Below, piece by piece: positions 38,560 through 44,531 of a DNA stretch of 44,531 nucleotides; position 1 is the stretch's first letter, and every line of letters starts with the position of its first letter. Source of the stretch: Gemmatimonadota bacterium (GTDB lineage: Bacteria > Gemmatimonadota > Gemmatimonadetes > Longimicrobiales > Gaopeijiaceae). The position numbers and the translations under genes were made by a program. Location of the stretch: NCBI GenBank assembly GCA_039589315.1, contig JBDHHQ010000039.1, positions 1-44,531 on the forward strand, given 5' to 3'. Below the pieces are notes generated by a model that did not search any database, was not told where the DNA came from, and saw only the letters and a list, made by a program, of their open reading frames with translations.

Positions 38560-39729
38560 ATGAGGACCCGCTGTCCCTTCGAGAGTGCCCGCCGGCTGCT
38601 CCCAGGCGTGATTCCCACCGCCCTGGTGGTGCTCGCTGCCGGGTGCGCCTCGGAGGACTCTCCCGCCGAGGTCTTCGATCTCGATTCGAATGTGTTCATC
38701 GGCGTGTCGATGACCGGCGACGGCGACGGGACAGTGAATGTCAACTCGGGTCAGCTTTGGAGTTGCTCCCTCGCTCAGGGACAGGTGACCGCGTCAGGAG
38801 CTGGTGCGACTCAAACGGGAAACCAATGCGACTGGGACACGTACGACGCCGGAGGAGGAGGCAGCGTGACCTTCCAAGCGCAGCCCGCCGCCGGGAGCGT
38901 CTTCGGTGGGTGGAGCCTCCGTTGTGCCGGGTCCGAGCCCGACTGCACGGCCGAATGGCTCGGCGCTCCGGACCGTGTCGACATCTCGGTGGGAGCGGAG
39001 TTCCTCTCCGCGACGGACAGCGTGCCGCCGCCGCCGGCGATGGGTGTCCTGAAAGGTGTCCTGTACGACGTGGACGGCGCCACTCCGGTGGACAGCATCT
39101 CCCTGGTGGCCGGACCCGTTGCGGGCTCCACGGGCACGTCCGTGCTCCGCACGCGCACGGGTCGCCAGGATCCAGAATCGGGTGTGGCCATTCTCCCAGG
39201 AGGCTATCGACTCGAGGCCGAACCCGGCCGCTACGCGGTGTTCAGCGTGGGGGTGGTCGGCGACCGGTACATGTCCACCCGCGGCGATTCCGCCAACGTC
39301 TTCTCGGACCAGACGACGCCCCTCGACCTCTTCGCGACCCGCGCCGACTACCTCGACATGCGCGGCACCGACCTGGGCACCATCCAGGCGACCGCGGACA
39401 CCGTCGTCAACATCGTCGTCGACTACCAGGCGTGGAGCTACTGGCGTTGCCCTCTGTGCGGGATCTCGCTCGGCATCGGCGTCGACGCTACGGCGCTGAC
39501 CGTGTATGTCTTCGACCAGGTGGCGGGCGTCCATCCGGGCCGGACGGAGACGCAAGTCTCCATCCCGATCACGGTCCCCGACCACAGCGGCACGATCTAC
39601 GCGACGCTCATCACCACGTCGACGAGCGCCACCAACATCGAGCCAGGGCTCCAGCAGTACCGGGACCGCTGGGCGGCGAACGTGCAGGGCACGACGATGA
39701 TTCCCATCGGGACGCTGACCGTGAACTGA
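38560..39729 (+). CDS. secreted lipoprotein with InlB B-repeat-like and beta-sandwich domains
   Basis: LAAGC lipobox; GDGDGTV...VTFQAQPAAGSVFGGWS..C; divergent from the ECF gene. Confidence 0.78.
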   Translation: MRTRCPFESARRLLPGVIPTALVVLAAGCASEDSPAEVFDLDSNVFIGVSMTGDGDGTVNVNSGQLWSCSLAQGQVTASGAGATQTGNQCDWDTYDAGGGGSVTFQAQPAAGSVFGGWSLRCAGSEPDCTAEWLGAPDRVDISVGAEFLSATDSVPPPPAMGVLKGVLYDVDGATPVDSISLVAGPVAGSTGTSVLRTRTGRQDPESGVAILPGGYRLEAEPGRYAVFSVGVVGDRYMSTRGDSANVFSDQTTPLDLFATRADYLDMRGTDLGTIQATADTVVNIVVDYQAWSYWRCPLCGISLGIGVDATALTVYVFDQVAGVHPGRTETQVSIPITVPDHSGTIYATLITTSTSATNIEPGLQQYRDRWAANVQGTTMIPIGTLTVN

Positions 39730-39846
39730 GCCGTAGTGGCGGGGCAGCCCGGAGAGGCTGGGCGCGTGCCGACCCGTCAGTTGCCGTCCCGACTCCAGGG
39801 CCCCGGGCCAGGCGCGGATGTGCCAGCCGACCCGCCCGGTGCTGGA

Positions 39847-40214
39847 TCAGTCTGTGGTACACTCCTCTATGATTACCCAACTGGAGAAGTAGCCCTCCTG
39901 CTTGATGGCCTCCAACAGGTCGTCCACCTCGCAGCGCCCTGCACGGCCAGCTCGTCCATGTCCTTGCCGATGTACCCCTCACCCTCCTCGGCCAAGTTGA
40001 CGCGGAGCGTTTCCTCGGCCTGCCTCTTGAAGTCGACGTTGATCCGTGCAGCCTCGACCACGTCGATCACCGTGACGTAGATGAGGGTTGGATGCCCGAC
40101 ATCAACCTGCCGGCGGGGGGCCACGGAAGCCGCTATCCACCTCTCCGGGACGTCGATCACGACGGTCTTCATCCCCGGGCGATTGGGTACCCCGATCATC
40201 CTTCTGTCCCACAT
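39847..40214 (-). pseudogene. hypothetical gene, paralog of 12282..12703, probable frameshift near the 3' end
   Basis: GGAGG + MWDRRMIGVPNRPG...AEETLR; an alternate frame gives a protein-like end EVDDLLEAIKQEGYFSSWVIIEECTTD*. Confidence 0.55.
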
Positions 40215-40460
40215 TGTCACCACCTCCGAAAGACGAGAATGCAGCCGACGTGGGCCTGTGGACGGTCCCCCGGGCGGGGCTATCTGATCTTGGAGGAGCG
40301 CGCCAATTGCGGTAACACGGAGTCGACGGAGATGCCGACCGCGAGCGCAGCTCGCGACCAGGGTGCCTTCCGCCCGACCAGGTAGGGTTCTAGCGGCCGA
40401 GGGAGCCTCCGGAGATCGGGATCCCCGATCTCATGCAACTCACGAAGAGCGTAAGTCCAA

Positions 40461-40504
40461 TGGACACTGCTGGGCCCGAACCAGCGACCTCCTGCTTGTA
40501 AGGC
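40461..40504 (-). tRNA. tRNA-Val(UAC) 3' half only (att-site-like fragment, non-functional)
   Basis: Minus strand GCCTTACAAGCAGGAGGTCGCTGGTTCGGGCCCAGCAGTGTCCA: anticodon loop with TAC, variable loop, paired T-arm GCTGG/CCAGC, acceptor 3' strand. No D-arm or 5' acceptor strand. Confidence 0.8.
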
Positions 40505-40757
40505 GCGCCAAGGGCCGCCCATTCCCCCCGAGTTTGGTGTAAACGTGGGGCTTACCTACCGGAGACCCGGGTACGATCTCGCCCCAATACCCGCGATGGT
40601 GCCTCTCTCCACCGTTCGTTTGAAGCGGACAGCCTGAAGCAGCTCATCACCGAGATCCATCGTCGCAACCTCTCTGGCACCGCGCGCCCGCTCAGACCTC
40701 GCCGTCCGGCTTCGGCAACCGCCCGAACGACGTGCCTGGCGGGCCACCCCCCTTCCG

Positions 40758-40783
40758 ATTATTATTCCATAGGAATTGAAATT
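40758..40783 (+). promoter_or_regulatory. AT-rich putative PadR operator/promoter
   Basis: ATTCC-ATA-GGAAT inverted repeat (40764-40776) about 35 bp upstream of the PadR gene. Confidence 0.4.
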
Positions 40784-40809
40784 GCCATCGCACGGAGAAA
40801 GCGACCCGC

Positions 40810-41151
40810 ATGCCGTACGCCCTCAGCGAGGTCGAAGTCTTCAGCCTGGCCGCACTGGCCCATCTGGGTCCCGAAGCGTACGGCGTCTCCATCCGGGAAG
40901 AGATCGAGCGTCGAACCGGGCGCTCGCTGTCCGTGGGCTCGCTCTACAAAGCGATACATCGCCTCGAGAAGCGCGGCTTCGTATCCACCTCCGTGGGCAA
41001 GCCGACTGCGGTCCGGGGCGGTCGAGCCAAGAAACACGTTCAGCTGGAACCGGCCGGGCACGCGGCGCTGGTTGCCTCCATCCGATCCATGAACAACATG
41101 GTGGACGGCCTGGTCCTCGATGACGGCACGGCCGGGAGCGGGCGGCCGTGA
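40810..41151 (+). CDS. PadR family transcriptional regulator
   Basis: EAYGVSIREEIE..TGR.LSVGSLYKAIHRLEKRG...RGGRAKK. Confidence 0.95.
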   Translation: MPYALSEVEVFSLAALAHLGPEAYGVSIREEIERRTGRSLSVGSLYKAIHRLEKRGFVSTSVGKPTAVRGGRAKKHVQLEPAGHAALVASIRSMNNMVDGLVLDDGTAGSGRP

Positions 41152-43728
41152 CCAAGGGTCCGCGTCCTCCCCGCTTCGCGGCCAGCCTCGTGCGCTGGCT
41201 GGCGTCCGCAGAAGACCGGGAGTACGCCCTCGGCGACCTGGCCGAGGGATTCCGGAGCGAGGCTGCGGTCCAGGGGCCGTTTCGAGCGAGGCTCTGGTAT
41301 TGGGGCCAGGTGCTCCGCTCGATCGGTCCGCTTCTAACCAGTCGACGGTGGGGATGGGAGGGCGGGATGATGACGGGATTCTTCAAGGACGTTCAGTCGG
41401 GTCTGCGCCAGTTCTACCGCGCACCGGGATTCTCGCTCGTAGTGGTCGCAACCATCGCGATCGGCGTGGGCGGCGCCACCGCCGTATTCAGCGTGCTCAG
41501 GGGCGTGGTCTTCACGCCTCTCGCATTCGAGGACTCCGAGCGTGTGGTCACGCTGTGGGGAAGTCGTCCGGACCAGGCCCGCGTGCCTCTGACCGTCGGA
41601 GACTACAACGAGCTCCACGCGGTCGACGCCTTCAGCGATGTGTCCGGAGAGTGGGGAAACACCGCGCTGATCCTCGGCGAGGGGAACGCCGAACAGGTCC
41701 GCGTCGGCTGGGTCACGGCCCGGTACTTCGATCAACTCCGCATCAGACCGCAGCTAGGCACGTTGTTCGGGGCAAATGACGAGAACGCCCTGCTCCTGAG
41801 CCATGACCTTTGGGAGAGACGTTACGGCAGGGATCCGGATGTCATCGGCCGCATCATCGATCTGGGCGGCAATCCCATGGAGGTGGTGGGCGTCCTTCCT
41901 CAGAACAAGGACCCGAACCTGACCAGCTACTCCGGAGGACTGGGTACGCACCAAGTCTGGCGCCTGATGCCCGCCGGCTGGACGCAAGGAGACGATCGGA
42001 CCGTCGGTTGGATCCGTGCCTCGGCGCGGTTGAAGGAAGCCGTCACCATAGCGCAGGCCCAAGCCGAGCTCGACGCGCTCATGGACAGGGTCAATGCAAC
42101 GGTCACCGACCGCGACGGAGGCAAGGACCTTCGCATCAACCCCGTGCCCGTGCGCCAGGATCTCGTGGGTGGGCTGGCGCGGACGCTGTGGATTCTCCTC
42201 GGGGCGGTCTCCGGTGTCCTGCTGATCGCGGCCACGAACGTCGCGAACCTGATGCTGGCGCGGGCGCAACAGCGGGGCGGTGAAGTTGCGATCCGATACG
42301 CCCTCGGCGGGGGGCGCACGAGGCTGGTTCGGCAGTCCCTCACGGAAAGCCTGACGTTGGCGCTGGCCGGCGGACTCGCCGGTATCGCCGTTGCGTGGGC
42401 TGGTATGAGGGCGCTGGTCGCCTGGGCGCCTCCGACCATGCCCCGAGTCGAAGAAGTGGGGCTGGACCCGGCGGTTTTGGGGTTTGCCGTGGCCGCGACC
42501 GGGGTTGCTGCCCTGTTCTTTGGCGTCGTGCCCGCCTTGAGGGCGACGCGGACGGGATTGGCCAGCGCGCTGAGCGATCGTACGGGCACGGCCTCCCGCA
42601 GGGAACAGACCCTGAGTGGCATCCTCGTGGTGGCCGAGGTGGCCCTGTCACTGGGCTTGCTCATGGGCACCGGGCTCCTGCTCCGGAGCCTCGACAGCCT
42701 GAACCGGGTCGACCTCGGGTTCGAGAAGGAGGGCGTCCTCACCTTCGCCCTCGAGGTTCCGGTCCTGGGTGACACCCCCGAGGAAGGAGCGGCCCTGATC
42801 AACGACTACCTGAGCCGTGTCGAGGCCACGCCCGGCGTGCGCTCCGCCGGCCTCAGCAATCGAATCCCGCTCGGCGGGGGGTTGTTCACGGGAAGCTACC
42901 GGTCGAACGAGATGATTGCCGCCGAATCCGAAGGATACCAAGCGTCGTATCGCTTCATCACACCGGGATATCTGGAGGCCATGGGCGCTCGGCTCATGGA
43001 GGGCCGGGTCCTGACGGCTGCCGATCCGGAAGATGTTGCGGTGATCGACGAACAGGTGGCCGAGCTCCTCTGGCCGGGTCAGAACGCGCTCGGCAAACAG
43101 GTCGAGCTCGACGTGATGGGCGGAGACACCGTCTTGGCCGAGGTGATCGGCGTGGTCGCGCCGATGAAGCATGCGGGCGTGGCCGACCCCGCACCGGAGA
43201 CGATCTTTCTGTCCATGATGCCCCGGGCGAATCAGCAGAACTTCCGCTACATGGCCGTACGAGTGCAGGGTGAGCCTCTCCAGTACGTGGAGCCGATCCG
43301 AAGCAGCCTGAAGCTCGTGCACGGCGATGCCGTCATGGCCCGGATCCGTCCGATGTCGGAGATGTTCGATCGATCGGTGGCCTCGACGCGCTTCGTGTCA
43401 CTGCTGCTGACGGTGTTTGGCGGGGTGGCCTTGATGCTCGCCACGGTCGGACTCCACGGGCTGATGGCGCTGGGCGTCCGGAGGCGCGCACGCGAGTTCG
43501 GGATTCGCGTAGCCCTGGGGGCGGAGCACCAGCGGATCCTCCGCGGCGTGTTGGGCTCCGGTGGTCGGGCGGTTCCTGGGCTCCCTGCTCTACGGCATCG
43601 AGCCGTCCGACCTCACGACCATGGCCGTCGCCACCTCGGTGCTGGTCGCTGTGGGGCTGCTCGGGGCCTACCTGCCGGCGCGACGGGTGTTGTCGGTGGA
43701 CCCGGTGAAGGCGTTGCGAGAAGACTGA
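41148..43728 (+). CDS. ADOP family duplicated permease, frameshifted near 43569
   Basis: GTGA overlap with PadR; ATNVANLMLAR, EFGIRVALGA. The true C-terminus (LLYGIEPSD...PARRVLSVDPVKALRED*) lies in another frame ending at 43728. Confidence 0.85.
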
Positions 43729-43769
43729 CGCGTGTGGGGAGCGCGATCAGGCTCGCTGCCGATCGCGCC

Positions 43770-44531
43770 CTAGCTCGAATCGACCTCACCGAGTCGAGCG
43801 CGGGCGGTTCTGGAGTCACGGTGGTCCGGCCCCAGCTCCCGTTCCAGGACGTGCACGGCTTGCGTGAGCTCCCGCAGGGCGTCCCCCGGCCGTCCAACCG
43901 CAAGAAGGCTGGCTCCGTAGTTCGACCGGAGAGCGCCCAGCTTGTGGTGATCCTCGCCGTGGCGATCCAGGTAGTCGGGAATCGCACGCTCGAAGTCGCG
44001 CATGGCTTCCCAGTGTCGCCCGGCCTCGAGCAGGACCCGGCCGCGCCGTGCATGACCTTCGGCCACCAGCAATCCCTCCGATTCTCTGATCTCGACGACC
44101 TGATCCAGGATGGCCACGGCTTCATCGACGCGGCCCTGGGCCACCCGGACATCGGCCAGATTCGACAGAATCCGTGAGGACGCGGCGGTGTACCGCCCGA
44201 TCACCCGCAGTGCCATGTCCGCGGATTGCGTCAGCAGAGTGTCGGCTGCCGCCACGTCGCCCGCCTGGAGTACGATCGCTCCCAGGTTGTTCAGATTGTC
44301 GGCGGTCGATCCGCTGTCTTCTCTTCCCAGAATCCGCCGGTCGATCTCGATCGCCTCCGTCGTGACCGTGCGAGCCTCTTCCCACCGCCCCGCGGTCGCA
44401 TGCACGATCATCAATCGCTTGAGGGTCGTAACCAGAGCCAGCTGAGTCTCCGGGTCCGCGTACCGGCGTTGGATCGTCTCCGCTTGCTCGAGGAGAGACC
44501 TGGCCTCTTCGAGCTCTCCCCGGTAGATCGC
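43770..44531 (-). CDS. TPR-repeat protein C-terminus (partial; likely another kinase-TPR)
   Basis: Frame open to the window end; TADNLNNLG and LERELGPDHRD repeats like those of 35013..37769. Confidence 0.8.
   Translation of the reverse strand, partial: AIYRGELEEARSLLEQAETIQRRYADPETQLALVTTLKRLMIVHATAGRWEEARTVTTEAIEIDRRILGREDSGSTADNLNNLGAIVLQAGDVAAADTLLTQSADMALRVIGRYTAASSRILSNLADVRVAQGRVDEAVAILDQVVEIRESEGLLVAEGHARRGRVLLEAGRHWEAMRDFERAIPDYLDRHGEDHHKLGALRSNYGASLLAVGRPGDALRELTQAVHVLERELGPDHRDSRTARARLGEVDSS

Noticed and set aside
40766..40786. Minus-strand TTTCAATTCCTAT resembling a classical oriIS
   Set aside because: No element-like flanking sequence; position before padR is better explained as an operator/promoter.
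43729..44177. C-terminal extension of the 1009-aa permease ORF
   Set aside because: Frameshift read-through antisense to the TPR gene; the true terminus is at 43728.

Overview
GC-rich bacterial accessory region. The gene content (PadR + ADOP permeases, ECF sigma/Ser-Thr kinase pairs, kinase-PD40 fusions, many lipoproteins) suggests Gemmatimonadota or a similar lineage; this is inference. About 30 apparently intact genes are present: three PadR modules, two ECF43-like sigma/kinase pairs, further kinase/TPR and TolB-like proteins, an aminopeptidase, an FAD monooxygenase, a sulfatase-like protein, an OmpA-domain protein, a peptidoglycan-binding HExxH peptidase and small immunity-like paralogs. 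They are separated by an unusually dense set of short gene scars: two thiC pieces forming a direct repeat 34.4 kb apart, a tRNA-Val 3' half (att-like), and fragments of arylsulfotransferase, arylsulfatase, glycoside hydrolase, SDR, ADOP permease and wHTH genes. The most notable hidden signal is a set of remnants of one IS91/ISCR-like rolling-circle element: transposase C-terminus plus an oriIS-like end motif AAAGGG..TTGAAATCCCTTTCC. At two sites this motif sits where an oppositely oriented gene is cut off. Candidate PadR operators lying inside sigma70 promoters, and a shared candidate ECF promoter motif, are also readable directly. All product calls come from motif recognition by eye; no database searches were run.
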